Shown here piece after piece: positions 41,920 to 51,373 of a stretch of DNA of 64,000 nt (positions are counted from its first letter, which is position 1; every line of letters begins with the position of its first letter). Origin of the DNA: an uncultured cyanobacterium (GTDB lineage Bacteria; Cyanobacteriota; Cyanobacteriia; PCC-6307; Cyanobiaceae); contig CAVONQ010000010.1 of the NCBI GenBank assembly GCA_963697335.1, forward strand, positions 64,001 through 128,000, in the 5' to 3' direction. The position numbers and the translations under genes were made by a program. Under the pieces are notes generated by a model that was not told the DNA's origin, did no database searches, and was given only the letters and a program-made list of their open reading frames with translations.

Positions 41920-42429
41920 TCAGTAACCCGCTGGGATCCGGTGGATCTCGAGGCTGCTCAGCAGGGGCTCGGTGGGGTGGGGGGGAAGGCTCTGGGCCAT
42001 GGGCAGGTGAATCAGCTGGTGGCTGGCGGTGGGCACGAGCTGGCCGGGCTTGCCCACGACACTGAGGTGGTGCTGCTCCAGCAGAGCAGCAGACTCCTGC
42101 AGCCGGTGCTCGAGCACCTGGGCCGATTCCAGGGCCTGATAGCTCTGTCCCCAGTGGTTCTGCCAGTGCAGGGTGAGGCCACTGAGCCCCAGCATGCAGA
42201 GACCCAGGCCGACCAGGGCACCATCGGCCACCCTGTGCAGTCCGGCCAGCCAGGGGGCCCGCCGGGCCACCTTCTGACCCGAAAGCGAGCCCTGGATCAG
42301 TTGGAGCGGGGCGCCGTCGACACCGCGGTGGATTCCCGTGGCCCGGGTGGCAGGGACAGGAAACACGGCGGTGGGGCCCTCAAGGGGCTGGCGGGTGGAG
42401 GCCTGCGAGGGGGCGAACGAGGCGACCAC
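41920..42429 (-). CDS. FtsL-like bitopic membrane protein
   Basis: Single TM plus coiled coil immediately upstream of ftsI; GTG 42429 inferred. Confidence 0.55.
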   Translation of the reverse strand: MVASFAPSQASTRQPLEGPTAVFPVPATRATGIHRGVDGAPLQLIQGSLSGQKVARRAPWLAGLHRVADGALVGLGLCMLGLSGLTLHWQNHWGQSYQALESAQVLEHRLQESAALLEQHHLSVVGKPGQLVPTASHQLIHLPMAQSLPPHPTEPLLSSLEIHRIPAGY

Positions 42430-42485
42430 GGATGCAGCGGAACACTGCGCAAGTGAACCACCCCGCCGCTGCCTCAGCAAGGCTT

Positions 42486-43886
42486 CTATCCGGCCAGCAA
42501 CAGCAGGTTGGCGAAGGTGAAGCCATTCCACAGGGCGTGCACCAGCACGCAGCTCCCGAGTCGACCGCCGCGCAGCCGCAGCCAGCCCAGCCCCAGCCCC
42601 AGCACCATCAGCGGGGCCAGCTCATTCAGGCTGAGGTGGGCAGCCGCGAAGATCAGGGCACTGAGCAGCACGGCCGGGCCGGCACCGACCCGCTGCCCCA
42701 GCACCGGAAGCAGCACACCGCGGAACAGGGTTTCCTCAAACAGGGGAGCCAGCAGCACTGCGGTCACCGCCAAACAGGCGAGGGCCAGGGGCTGGCCTGT
42801 GGTGAGCACCAGTTCGAGCAGCGGGTTGCTGCCGCCCTGATCGCCGGCGACCTGGTCTGTGATCCAGCCCACCAGGGCCACCAGGGGCAGCAGCATCAGC
42901 ATCACCTGGAGCGCCTGCCCGGCGCTGTTCCCGAACGGGCGCCAGCGCCACTGCAGCCCCCTGGAGGTGGCTTCCGCGAGGGTCTCCTCCCTGGCCCGGC
43001 CCCCCATCTGGGCCCAGAGGATGGTGAGTGGCGCCAGCATCAGGGCCATGTAGAGCAGCAGCACCTGCAGGCCCTGCTGCAGGGCAGGCTCGCCGTTGAG
43101 GGGGCTCAGCAGGGCGCGCAGGACCGGGCTCAGCAGCAGGGGCACGGCGAGTTCCCCCAGCACCACAAAACCGCCGGCGATCAGCAGGGTCACGTCCACC
43201 AGGTCCAGGGGTGGCCCCTGCAGGGGCGGCGCCGCCGGGGCCTGGCCCCGCAGCTGCTGCCAGGCCTGGCGCAGCAGCAGCCCCACGCCCAGCAGCAGCA
43301 GCAGCCCCGGGGCCCAGCTCACCCCCACCAGCCGCCACAGGGCCTGCTGCGCTGCGCTGGTGCTGCCACAGCCCTGGGGGGCCTGGCTAAGCCCCTCACA
43401 GAGCAGCCGCTCGGTGAGCGGCCGCAGGGTCCAGGGCTGTTGCAGGGTGTCCAGCTGGGAGCTCTCCAACCGCTGTCCCCGTTCCAGGGCCGCCACCAGG
43501 GCCCTCTGGTCACTGGGGATCTGCTCCTGCAGGCGCTCCCGCAGCTGGCTGGCCTCAGCGTTCTGGCCCTGGCGCTGTTGCAGCAGGGCGAGCTGCAGCA
43601 GGGGCTCGCCCTGGCCTGGGCCCGGATCGGCATCGTCCTGATCGAGCAGGGACTGGCGCAGCTCATCGAGGGGGTCCGCCCCGGTGAGCAGGGGCTGTAG
43701 CGAGGGGGGCGCCGCAGGCATGGCGAGGGCCCGCAGCTCCAGCTGCCGCTGGTCCAGGGCCCCGGTCACGGTGGGTTTCTCCAGGCTGAGCAGCAGGCCG
43801 TTCAGCCAGAGCAGGCCAGTGATCAACAGGCAGAGCAGGGCCAGAAGGGTTTTCCAGGCCGGCGTTCTCGAGCCACGGGCGTTCAA
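42486..43886 (-). CDS. CPBP (CAAX/Abi) intramembrane metalloprotease
   Basis: APLFEETLFRG, FAAAH, HALWN; start uncertain. Confidence 0.9.
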   Translation of the reverse strand: MNARGSRTPAWKTLLALLCLLITGLLWLNGLLLSLEKPTVTGALDQRQLELRALAMPAAPPSLQPLLTGADPLDELRQSLLDQDDADPGPGQGEPLLQLALLQQRQGQNAEASQLRERLQEQIPSDQRALVAALERGQRLESSQLDTLQQPWTLRPLTERLLCEGLSQAPQGCGSTSAAQQALWRLVGVSWAPGLLLLLGVGLLLRQAWQQLRGQAPAAPPLQGPPLDLVDVTLLIAGGFVVLGELAVPLLLSPVLRALLSPLNGEPALQQGLQVLLLYMALMLAPLTILWAQMGGRAREETLAEATSRGLQWRWRPFGNSAGQALQVMLMLLPLVALVGWITDQVAGDQGGSNPLLELVLTTGQPLALACLAVTAVLLAPLFEETLFRGVLLPVLGQRVGAGPAVLLSALIFAAAHLSLNELAPLMVLGLGLGWLRLRGGRLGSCVLVHALWNGFTFANLLLLAG

Positions 43887-43991
43887 GCTGGCGTCCTGCG
43901 GAGGGGAGGGGATGGCCCGATTCTGTCCTCGCGCTCCCTCCTGAGGCCCCAACAGCGCTCCCATACGATGGCGCCAGCAGCCAGAACGCCG

Positions 43992-45395
43992 GTGGCCCTA
44001 CGGATCGTGTTGGTTCGCCACGGCCTCAGCAGCTTCAACGCCGAGCGGCGCATCCAGGGACGGGATGATCTCTCCACGCTCACGGCGGAGGGGCACGAGC
44101 AGGCCCGCCGCGCCGGAGAGGCCCTGCGTGCCGTGGCCTTCAGCGCCGCCTACGCCTCGCCGTTGCGACGGGCCAGCGACACCGCCACCACCCTGCTTCA
44201 GGCCCATGGCCAGGGGCTGGAAGCGATCCATGATGACGATCTGGTCGAGATCGACCTCTCCCCCTGGAGCGGCGTCACCCGCGAGGAGCTGGGCCAGCGC
44301 TTTCCCGACGGGGAGCGGCTGTGGCGGGAGGCGCCCCACACGCTGACGCTGCAGCACGCCGATGGTCGCCACTATCAGCCGCTGCCTGAGCTGATGCAGC
44401 AGGCCGATCGCTTCCTGGTGGGGTTGCTCCAGCGCCATGGTGCCGCAATCGACGCGGAGCCGCAGCCCTCGGTTGCCCAGGGCGCCCCAGCCGATGCCAG
44501 CGTGCTTGTGGTGGCCCACAACGCCATTCTGCGCTGCCTGGTGCTGCGCCTGCTGGGGCTCGACGCCACGGATTTCCGGCGTCTGCGCATCGACAACGGC
44601 TCGATCTCGGTGCTCAATCTCAGCCCCAACCCAGGCAGCGCCAACCCCGGCAAGTCGAATCCCAGGGCGGATGCGGCGGTTCAGCTGGAGTCGCTGAACG
44701 GAACCGCCCACCTCGGGGAGCCCCTGCCCAAGAAGGGATCGGGCCCCCGGGTGCTGCTGGTGCGCCACGGCGAAACCGACTGGAACCGCCAGGGACGTTT
44801 CCAGGGAAAGATCGACATCCCCCTCAACGCCCATGGCCTGGCCCAGGCGGAGGCGGCTGGCGGCTTCCTGGGGCCGATCAGCATTCAGCGGGCCTACAGC
44901 AGCGTCCTGTCGCGGCCCCGCCAGACCGCCGAGGCGATCCTGGCCTCCCACCCCGGTGTGCCACTCACCACCAGCAGGGGCCTGGTGGAGATCGGCCATG
45001 GGCTCTGGGAGGGACAGCTGGAGCACGAGATCCAGGCCGGCTGGCCAGAGCTCCTGGCCGACTGGAAGCGGGCGCCCCAGACGGTGCAGATGCCCGAGGG
45101 GGAAACGCTCCAGGAGGTGTGGGATCGCTCGCTGGCTGCCTGGGCTCGAATCGTGGCCAGCCTGGGCGCCGACGAGACGGCGCTGGTGGTGGCCCATGAC
45201 GCCGTCAACAAGACCATCCTCTGTGCCCTGCTGGGACTGACGCCGGCTGACATCTGGGCCATCAAGCAGGGCAACGGCGGCGTCACCGTGATCGACTACC
45301 CCCACGGAGCCGACGGGCTGCCCATGGTGGCCGCCCTCAACCTCACCCCCCACCTCGGCGGGGTGCTCGACCGCACGGCTGCCGGGGCCCTCTAG
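43992..45395 (+). CDS. Histidine phosphatase family protein, two domains
   Basis: Two LVRHG motifs, VVAH in each half. Confidence 0.92.
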   Translation: MALRIVLVRHGLSSFNAERRIQGRDDLSTLTAEGHEQARRAGEALRAVAFSAAYASPLRRASDTATTLLQAHGQGLEAIHDDDLVEIDLSPWSGVTREELGQRFPDGERLWREAPHTLTLQHADGRHYQPLPELMQQADRFLVGLLQRHGAAIDAEPQPSVAQGAPADASVLVVAHNAILRCLVLRLLGLDATDFRRLRIDNGSISVLNLSPNPGSANPGKSNPRADAAVQLESLNGTAHLGEPLPKKGSGPRVLLVRHGETDWNRQGRFQGKIDIPLNAHGLAQAEAAGGFLGPISIQRAYSSVLSRPRQTAEAILASHPGVPLTTSRGLVEIGHGLWEGQLEHEIQAGWPELLADWKRAPQTVQMPEGETLQEVWDRSLAAWARIVASLGADETALVVAHDAVNKTILCALLGLTPADIWAIKQGNGGVTVIDYPHGADGLPMVAALNLTPHLGGVLDRTAAGAL

Positions 45396-45401
45396 GGCAG
45401 C

Positions 45402-46721
45402 GTGATGAAGGCGATCTGGCTGCATCAGGTCCAGCTGCTGCGCGGTCCGGGGGACGAACTGGAAGTAGGCGATGCCCTGCTAGGCGCCGACGGCCGCCTC
45501 GACGCCCTGGGGGTCGAGGCCAGCCGCCGTGCCGCTGCCTTGGGGCTCAGCCCCCTGCCCGCCGGGAGCTGTCTTCTGGCGCCGGTGCTGGTGGATCCCC
45601 ACTCGGTGCTGGACGATCCCTGGACCGGCCAGGCCGAGACCCTCGCCAGCCTGGCCGAGGCCGCCGCCAGGGGCGGTTACGGCACGGTGGCGCTGCTGCC
45701 CTGGGCGAGGCCATGGCGCGACCGGCCCGAGCGCCTCAACCTCAGCTGGCCGGCCCCGCTGCAACTGCTCCTCTGGGGCAGCTTCAGCCTTGACGGTGCC
45801 GACTCCGATCTGGCCCTGCACGCCCTCCAGGTCGCCGCCGGAGCCGTCGGCCTGGCGGGCGGCCCGGAGTGTCCTCCCCTGGCGCTGCTGGAGCGCGGCC
45901 TGCTGCTGGCCGAGGCGCCGCAGCAGCCCCTGCTGGTGGCGCCGCGTCAGGTGGCGCTCACCAGTGGCGGCTTCGTGCGTGAGGGGGTGGAGGCGCTACG
46001 GGCCGGCTGGCCCATCGACCCCCAGGTGAGCGAAACCCTGCCCCTCCAGGCCCTGCTCACCCTGGCGGCCATGACCAGCGGCCAGGTGCTCAACCTGATG
46101 AACCTCTCCACCGCAGCCGGTGTGGCAGCCCTGGAGCAGGCGCCCTGGCGCCCGCCAGCCACGGTGGCCTGGTGGCATCTGGTGGCCGATAGCGGCAGCC
46201 TCTCGCCCACGGCCGAGGGTTGGCGGCTGGAGCCCTCCCTTGGCACCCCCGGCGACCGGCAGGCCCTGATCGCCGGGCTCGCCGCCGGCACGCTCACGGC
46301 CGTGGCGGTGCACCACCAGGCCCTCGATGCGGAGGAGCAGATGCTCCCCCTCGACCAGCGGCCTCCGGGAGTGGCCGGCCATGGTGGCCACCATGGACTG
46401 GTGTTGCCGGCCCTCTGGCACGAGCTGGTGCGCGGCCGCGGCTGGAGTGCGGCCCAGCTGTGGCAGGTGTTGAGCTGGGGGCCCTCAGCCCTGCTGCAGC
46501 AGCCGGCCGAGCGGCTGGTGGCCGGCAGTCGCCGCTGGCTGCTGTTTGACCCCCAGGCCCAGCAGGATGGCGCTGGGTCCGCCGGTGGCTCCCTTGCGGC
46601 GAACCAGCCCCTGGAGCCTCAGGCCTTGCCAGGAGCGGTGCGGGCTACGGGCCTCACGGCGCCGGAGCAGTGGTGGCTGAATCCGGCTGGGCCGGAGGCA
46701 GCAGCGTTCCCGCCTGGCTGA
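45402..46721 (+). CDS. Dihydroorotase-like protein (metal ligands degenerate)
   Basis: LVDPHS, ETLASLAEAAARGGY, PSLGTPGDRQALI. Confidence 0.8.
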   Translation: MMKAIWLHQVQLLRGPGDELEVGDALLGADGRLDALGVEASRRAAALGLSPLPAGSCLLAPVLVDPHSVLDDPWTGQAETLASLAEAAARGGYGTVALLPWARPWRDRPERLNLSWPAPLQLLLWGSFSLDGADSDLALHALQVAAGAVGLAGGPECPPLALLERGLLLAEAPQQPLLVAPRQVALTSGGFVREGVEALRAGWPIDPQVSETLPLQALLTLAAMTSGQVLNLMNLSTAAGVAALEQAPWRPPATVAWWHLVADSGSLSPTAEGWRLEPSLGTPGDRQALIAGLAAGTLTAVAVHHQALDAEEQMLPLDQRPPGVAGHGGHHGLVLPALWHELVRGRGWSAAQLWQVLSWGPSALLQQPAERLVAGSRRWLLFDPQAQQDGAGSAGGSLAANQPLEPQALPGAVRATGLTAPEQWWLNPAGPEAAAFPPG

Positions 46722-47457
46722 AGGGGAAGAAGCGCCAGAAGGCCCGGCCGATGATCTCGCTGGTCGGCAGGAAGGCTCCGCCTGGCCAGAAGCGTCCGTC
46801 CCAGCTGTTGGCCCGATTGTCCCCCAGGGTGAGCACGTGGCCCGGGGGCACCTGGGCCTTCAGGGTGCGGCAGGGGCCCATGCCCCGGTCATCCACGGGG
46901 CAGTAGTTCTCCACGTAGGGCTCGGCGAGCTTCTGGCCGTCGATGAACACCTCGCCCCTGGGGTTGACAGCCACCTCCTCCCCCGGCAAGGCCACCACCC
47001 GCTTGATGTAGGCATCGCAGGCCGGATCGCTCACCCCCGGCAGAGAACCCAGAAACGGGATGTTGACCACCAGGCAGCTCAGCGGATTGCGCTCGCCGGC
47101 GCCGGCCAGCACCGGATCGAAGCTGTAGGGAGAGCGGAACACGACGATCTCACCGCGCTGGGGCGCCTGGCGGCGATAGGTGAGCTTCTCCACCAGCAGC
47201 CGGTCCTGCAGCTGCAACCCGGGCAGCATCGAACCCGAGGGGATGTAGCGGGCCTCCACCAGGAACTGGCGGATGCCCAGGGCCACAGCCAGGGTGAGCA
47301 CCACGCTGCGCCAGAACACCCAGGGACTCTCCGTCTGATGCACCGGGGTGCGCCTGGGGCGCTCTGCCGGATCCTCCGCCTCGACAGGCCTGTTCTGCTC
47401 GCTCAACTCCTGAACTCTCCGCGACGGCATGACGCCTCGTCGGGGCAGATTAGGCAC
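46654..47457 (-). CDS. lepB: Signal peptidase I
   Basis: RYIPSGSMLP, YIKRVVALPG, GDNRANSWDGR; start uncertain. Confidence 0.95.
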   Translation of the reverse strand: MPNLPRRGVMPSRRVQELSEQNRPVEAEDPAERPRRTPVHQTESPWVFWRSVVLTLAVALGIRQFLVEARYIPSGSMLPGLQLQDRLLVEKLTYRRQAPQRGEIVVFRSPYSFDPVLAGAGERNPLSCLVVNIPFLGSLPGVSDPACDAYIKRVVALPGEEVAVNPRGEVFIDGQKLAEPYVENYCPVDDRGMGPCRTLKAQVPPGHVLTLGDNRANSWDGRFWPGGAFLPTSEIIGRAFWRFFPFSQAGTLLPPAQPDSATTAPAP

Positions 47458-47478
47458 GCCTTACCCCGTTCCCTGCCG

Positions 47479-49344
47479 ATGGCCCGTCCCCGCTGGCAGC
47501 GATCCCGCCCGGTTCCAGCCGGCCTGGGGGCCATGGCCTGGGATCGGTTCGTGGCGATCTGGGCTGCGCTGAACCTGTTCTGGGTGGCCTTCGACATCAC
47601 CTATGTGCCGCTGCGAACCTTCTGGTTGCAGCGCAACCTCTACCCGATTCCCTCGGTGCCCCTGGCGGTGCCCCTCACCTTCATCCCGGACGTCACCCCC
47701 TGGGTGGATCCGATCAAGGGGATTGAGCCCCATCGGGAAACCAGCACCTTCTTGAAGCAGTTCCGGGAGCTGGAGGAGGTGATGGACCAGCCCACCGCCG
47801 ACCCCGCCCTCAAGGCGAGCCTGCTGCAGCGTCAGGCGGGCCTGATGGCCCAGATGATCGACAGCAACCCCTTCCTGGCCTCCGATCGCGCCGGCACCCT
47901 GGAGAAGATCAAGAACCGGCTGCGCCAGCGAGCCGACCGCGACTCCTCCAAGGACTCCGCCAAGCTGTTGCTGAGCCCCGAGTGGCTGGTCACCAACCCC
48001 TGGCCTGGCGAGCGGCGCTTCTGGGCCGCCCAGGTGCTGCCCCTGGTGGAGACCAACTACTGGCGATCGATCGACGAGAACGGCCGGCCCACCGATCACT
48101 TCTGGCGCATCGACCTGCTGTTGTTCCAGAGCGTGTTCCTGCTGGACATCCTGCAGCGGCTGATCCGGATCAAGCGGCGGCTGCCTGGCCTGGCCTGGCA
48201 CGAGGTGCTGTTGCGCCGCTGGACCGACCTGCCCCTGCTGCTGCCCTTCTGGCGCTGGTTGCGCATCGTGCCCGTGGGGGAGCGGCTGCAGACCTCGGGG
48301 CTGGTGAATCTGGAGCCCCTGCGGGCCGTGGTGAGCCGGGGCGTGGTGGCCCTGCTGGCGGTGGAGCTGTTCGAGGTGCTGGCCCTGCAGCTGCTGGATG
48401 GGCTCCAGGGCCTGATTCGCTCGCGCCAGTGGCCGCAGCGCATCCGCAGCCTGCGCAGCCACCAGAGCGTGGCCAGCAGCCGCGACGAGCGGGAGCTGGC
48501 CGAGCTGGTGCGGATCTGGGCGCCCCTGCTGCTCAGCCAGGTGGCCCCGCGCCTGGCTCCGGAGCTCCAGGGGGTGCTGAGTTACAGCCTGCGCCAGAGC
48601 CTGGATCGCACGGTGGTGCCGCCGCCGCTGCGCCAGCTCCAGCCCCTGATGCAGATGGAGAGCGGCCTCAGCCGCCAGCTGGCCAACGGCATGGTGGAAA
48701 GCCTGCTGGAGCTCTCCCGCAATGCAGGCAGCAGCCTGTCGCGGCGGGATGACGCCCAGCTGGAGCTGTTGCAGCGCTTTGTGGACCGCTTCTGGGAGGA
48801 GCTGGCCCTGGCCCTGGAGAGCGGGCCGGCCCTGGAGCGCTCCCAGCGCCTGCTCTGTGCCCTGCTGGAGCAGCTCAAGGGGTCTTACCTCACCCAGATC
48901 AATCGCGCCGGCATCGAGTCGCTGCTGCGGGAGCTGGATGCCCTCACGGTGCCGCCCCCCCTCCAGCAGGGTCTGCCACTCCTCGGGCTTGAAGCCGATC
49001 AGCAGGCGGCCGTCGTCGGTGATCAGCAGGGGGCGCTTGATCAGCCGGCCATCGGCGGCCAGGGCCTCGATGGCCTCGCTGTCGTCCATGGCCTTCACCG
49101 CCGCAGCCCCCAGGGCCCGGTAGCTCTGGCCGCTGGTGTTGAACAGGCGAGCCCGGCCCAGCTGCTCGAAGGCCTGCTCCAGCAGGGGGCGGCTGGGGGG
49201 CGTGAGCGTGATGTCGATCAACTCCACACCCAGGTCGTGCTGCCTGAGCCAGGCGATGGCTCGGCGGCAAGTGCTGCAGCCGGCATAGCTGTAGAGCTTC
49301 ATGGCCTGGCTCGCCCGATCTTCAGCGGCCCACCAGGGCTTTGA
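47479..49344 (+). CDS. Conserved cyanobacterial membrane protein; as sequenced it reads through its probable end (about 48992) to 49344
   Basis: WVAFDITYVPLR, KGIEPHRET, NYWRSIDENG; after LTVPPP the frame is the antisense shadow of the ArsC/Spx gene. Confidence 0.7.
   Translation: MARPRWQRSRPVPAGLGAMAWDRFVAIWAALNLFWVAFDITYVPLRTFWLQRNLYPIPSVPLAVPLTFIPDVTPWVDPIKGIEPHRETSTFLKQFRELEEVMDQPTADPALKASLLQRQAGLMAQMIDSNPFLASDRAGTLEKIKNRLRQRADRDSSKDSAKLLLSPEWLVTNPWPGERRFWAAQVLPLVETNYWRSIDENGRPTDHFWRIDLLLFQSVFLLDILQRLIRIKRRLPGLAWHEVLLRRWTDLPLLLPFWRWLRIVPVGERLQTSGLVNLEPLRAVVSRGVVALLAVELFEVLALQLLDGLQGLIRSRQWPQRIRSLRSHQSVASSRDERELAELVRIWAPLLLSQVAPRLAPELQGVLSYSLRQSLDRTVVPPPLRQLQPLMQMESGLSRQLANGMVESLLELSRNAGSSLSRRDDAQLELLQRFVDRFWEELALALESGPALERSQRLLCALLEQLKGSYLTQINRAGIESLLRELDALTVPPPLQQGLPLLGLEADQQAAVVGDQQGALDQPAIGGQGLDGLAVVHGLHRRSPQGPVALAAGVEQASPAQLLEGLLQQGAAGGRERDVDQLHTQVVLPEPGDGSAASAAAGIAVELHGLARPIFSGPPGL
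48944..49302 (-). CDS. ArsC/Spx/MgsR family protein; apparently frameshifted at its 3' end (as sequenced the frame stays open to 47461)
   Basis: MKLYSYAGCSTCRRA, LFNTSGQSYR, LIKRPLL, IGFKPEEW. Confidence 0.85.
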
Positions 49345-49681
49345 GGGCGCCCACGAGGCTGTTGGTGCCCTTGCCCACGCCATCGGCGGGCCGGGTGCGC
49401 ACCTTCACGTCGCCATTGACGCTGGTGCGGCAGCTGAGGCGGTAGTTGGCGGGGCGGTCAGCCAGATAGACCTCCTCGACATCGCTGCGGGGGGAGAGGT
49501 TCTGCAGGCCCTCAAGCACCTCCATCACACAGGTGCCGCACTGACCGATGCCGCCGCAATTGTTGACATTGTTGAACCCCTTGTAGGGGTTGATGCCGGC
49601 GTCGAGAGCCGCTTTGCGGAGGTTGGCCCCCTCGATGCAACCGACCTGCTGGCCTTCCTGTTCAAATCGGATGGTGGGCAC
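49322..49681 (-). CDS. 2Fe-2S ferredoxin-like protein
   Basis: NCGGIGQCGTC and RLSC. Confidence 0.92.
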   Translation of the reverse strand: MPTIRFEQEGQQVGCIEGANLRKAALDAGINPYKGFNNVNNCGGIGQCGTCVMEVLEGLQNLSPRSDVEEVYLADRPANYRLSCRTSVNGDVKVRTRPADGVGKGTNSLVGALKALVGR

Positions 49682-49764
49682 GGCCGATCAAGGGTGAAAC
49701 GCGCCTGCCAACCTAAGGCCGCCGGGTACCCACTGCCTAGCATCGATGCACTTGTTGCGCGTTC

Positions 49765-50439
49765 TTGGCTGTTCCCCAGGCTGACGACCTCACCGCCCAG
49801 CAGCTGATCCCGGGCTACGCAAGCCTGGCTCGCCTCTCGGTGGCCCTGCTTGCCGCATCCGCCCGGGCCGGCCTCGAAGGTGCTTCGGTGCTGGTGGCGG
49901 GCTGCGGCACCGGCGCCGAACTTGTCGAGGCCCGGGCCCAGCGCCCTGACTGGCAAATCACGGCTCTGGACCCCTCTGCCGCCATGCTGGCCGAGGCCCG
50001 CCAGCGGCTGGGCAGCGAGGGCATCGACTGGCGCCAGGCCCGGGTCGAAGACCTGGAGACCAGGGGCTGCTTTGCCGGCGCCCTCTCGGTGCTGGTGCTC
50101 CAGTCGCTGCCCGACGACGGCACCAAGCTGGCCTTCCTCACCGCCCTGGCCCGCAGTCTCGAGCCCGGCGGCCAGTTGGTGCTCGTCGACCTGATGGCCC
50201 CCGAGCGCTCACCGTTGCAGGCCCAGGTGCAGCAGGCCTGGCTGGGGTTCCAGCGCGCCAGCGGCCTCGAGGCTCTGGCGGGCAGCGCCGACGGCGAGCT
50301 GACGGCCCTCACCCACGGCCTGCACCCGATCGGTGTGGCCAGGCTCACGGCCCTGGTCAATGCCGCCGGCTTCAGCGATCCGGCCAGGGTGTTCCAGGCC
50401 CTGGGTTACGAGGGCTTCCTGCTGCAGCGCGCCAGCTAA
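49765..50439 (+). CDS. Class I SAM-dependent methyltransferase
   Basis: VLVAGCGTG, LDPSAAML, LEPGG. Confidence 0.88.
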   Translation: MAVPQADDLTAQQLIPGYASLARLSVALLAASARAGLEGASVLVAGCGTGAELVEARAQRPDWQITALDPSAAMLAEARQRLGSEGIDWRQARVEDLETRGCFAGALSVLVLQSLPDDGTKLAFLTALARSLEPGGQLVLVDLMAPERSPLQAQVQQAWLGFQRASGLEALAGSADGELTALTHGLHPIGVARLTALVNAAGFSDPARVFQALGYEGFLLQRAS

Positions 50440-50969
50440 CTGCTGGGGATGGGCTGGCTCTCGAGTGCTGCCCGGGTGCAGTGCTCCAGCAGGGCAGGCA
50501 CCGCCTCAGGCTCGAGCCAACCCTGGATCACGGTCATCCGCCCCTCCATGTTCTTGTAGGTGCGGAAGAACTCGGCCACTTCTTCCAGGGTGTCGGGGGC
50601 GATCTGGCGAATGGAGTGGATGTGCCGCTGGCGGAATCCCACCTCCGGCACACACAGCAGCTTGCCGTCGTGGCAGCCCTCATCCACCATGTCCAGGATC
50701 CCGATCGGCCGGGCCCGGATCAGGCAGCCCGCGAAGGTGGGCTCCTCCATGATCACCATGGCGTCCAGGGGAGCCCCGTCGTCGGCGAGGGTGTTGGGGA
50801 TGAAGCCGTAGTCGAAGGGGTAGCGCACGGAGGAGTGCAGCACCCGATCGAGGGCCATCACGCCGGCGACCCTGTTGTACTCGTACTTGTTACGGCTGCC
50901 GGCGGGGATCTCCACCACCAGGTTCACCAGCCCTGGCGCTGGGGATGCCGGCAGGTGGCTCAGATCCAT
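50436..50969 (-). CDS. ppa: Inorganic pyrophosphatase
   Basis: VEIPAGSRNKYE, YGFIPNTLADDGAPLD, FFRTYK. Confidence 0.95.
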   Translation of the reverse strand: MDLSHLPASPAPGLVNLVVEIPAGSRNKYEYNRVAGVMALDRVLHSSVRYPFDYGFIPNTLADDGAPLDAMVIMEEPTFAGCLIRARPIGILDMVDEGCHDGKLLCVPEVGFRQRHIHSIRQIAPDTLEEVAEFFRTYKNMEGRMTVIQGWLEPEAVPALLEHCTRAALESQPIPSS

Positions 50970-51207
50970 AGAACACGTAGGGGCCCGGGGGGCTGGGACG
51001 GCCTGCCACCACGGTGGCCAGGGGGACGATGGCGGTGAGCAGGGCGATGGCCGCTCCGATCAGAAAGGCGAGGGGTTCTCCCCCCGGACTGTGGGGGTCA
51101 TCGCTGGAGTCAGGGAGGGCCGCCGCTGGGGGGCTCGCGTCACTGGAAGCCCTGGTGGACGCTGGGGCCGATTCAGAGGGCCTGTGGCTGGAGGTGTTGG
51201 AAGTCAT
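50890..51207 (-). CDS. Small single-TM hypothetical protein overlapping the ppa 5' end
   Basis: EPLAFLIGAAIALLTAIVPLATVV TM segment; fills the gap upstream of ppa. Confidence 0.5.
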   Translation of the reverse strand: MTSNTSSHRPSESAPASTRASSDASPPAAALPDSSDDPHSPGGEPLAFLIGAAIALLTAIVPLATVVAGRPSPPGPYVFYGSEPPAGIPSARAGEPGGGDPRRQP

Positions 51208-51373
51208 GGGGACGGTCAAGGCCCCATCGCTCCGGCTGAAACGACGTTGTGATCAGCTGGAGGGACGGAGCCCGAGGAGACCGGACGGACAGAAAAAGGA
51301 AGTACCAGTGACAGTCTGGCACCCCCTAGGTGGCGGAGGGTGGGTTCCAGGCAAGCTTCAGCTGCCGCTGGCC

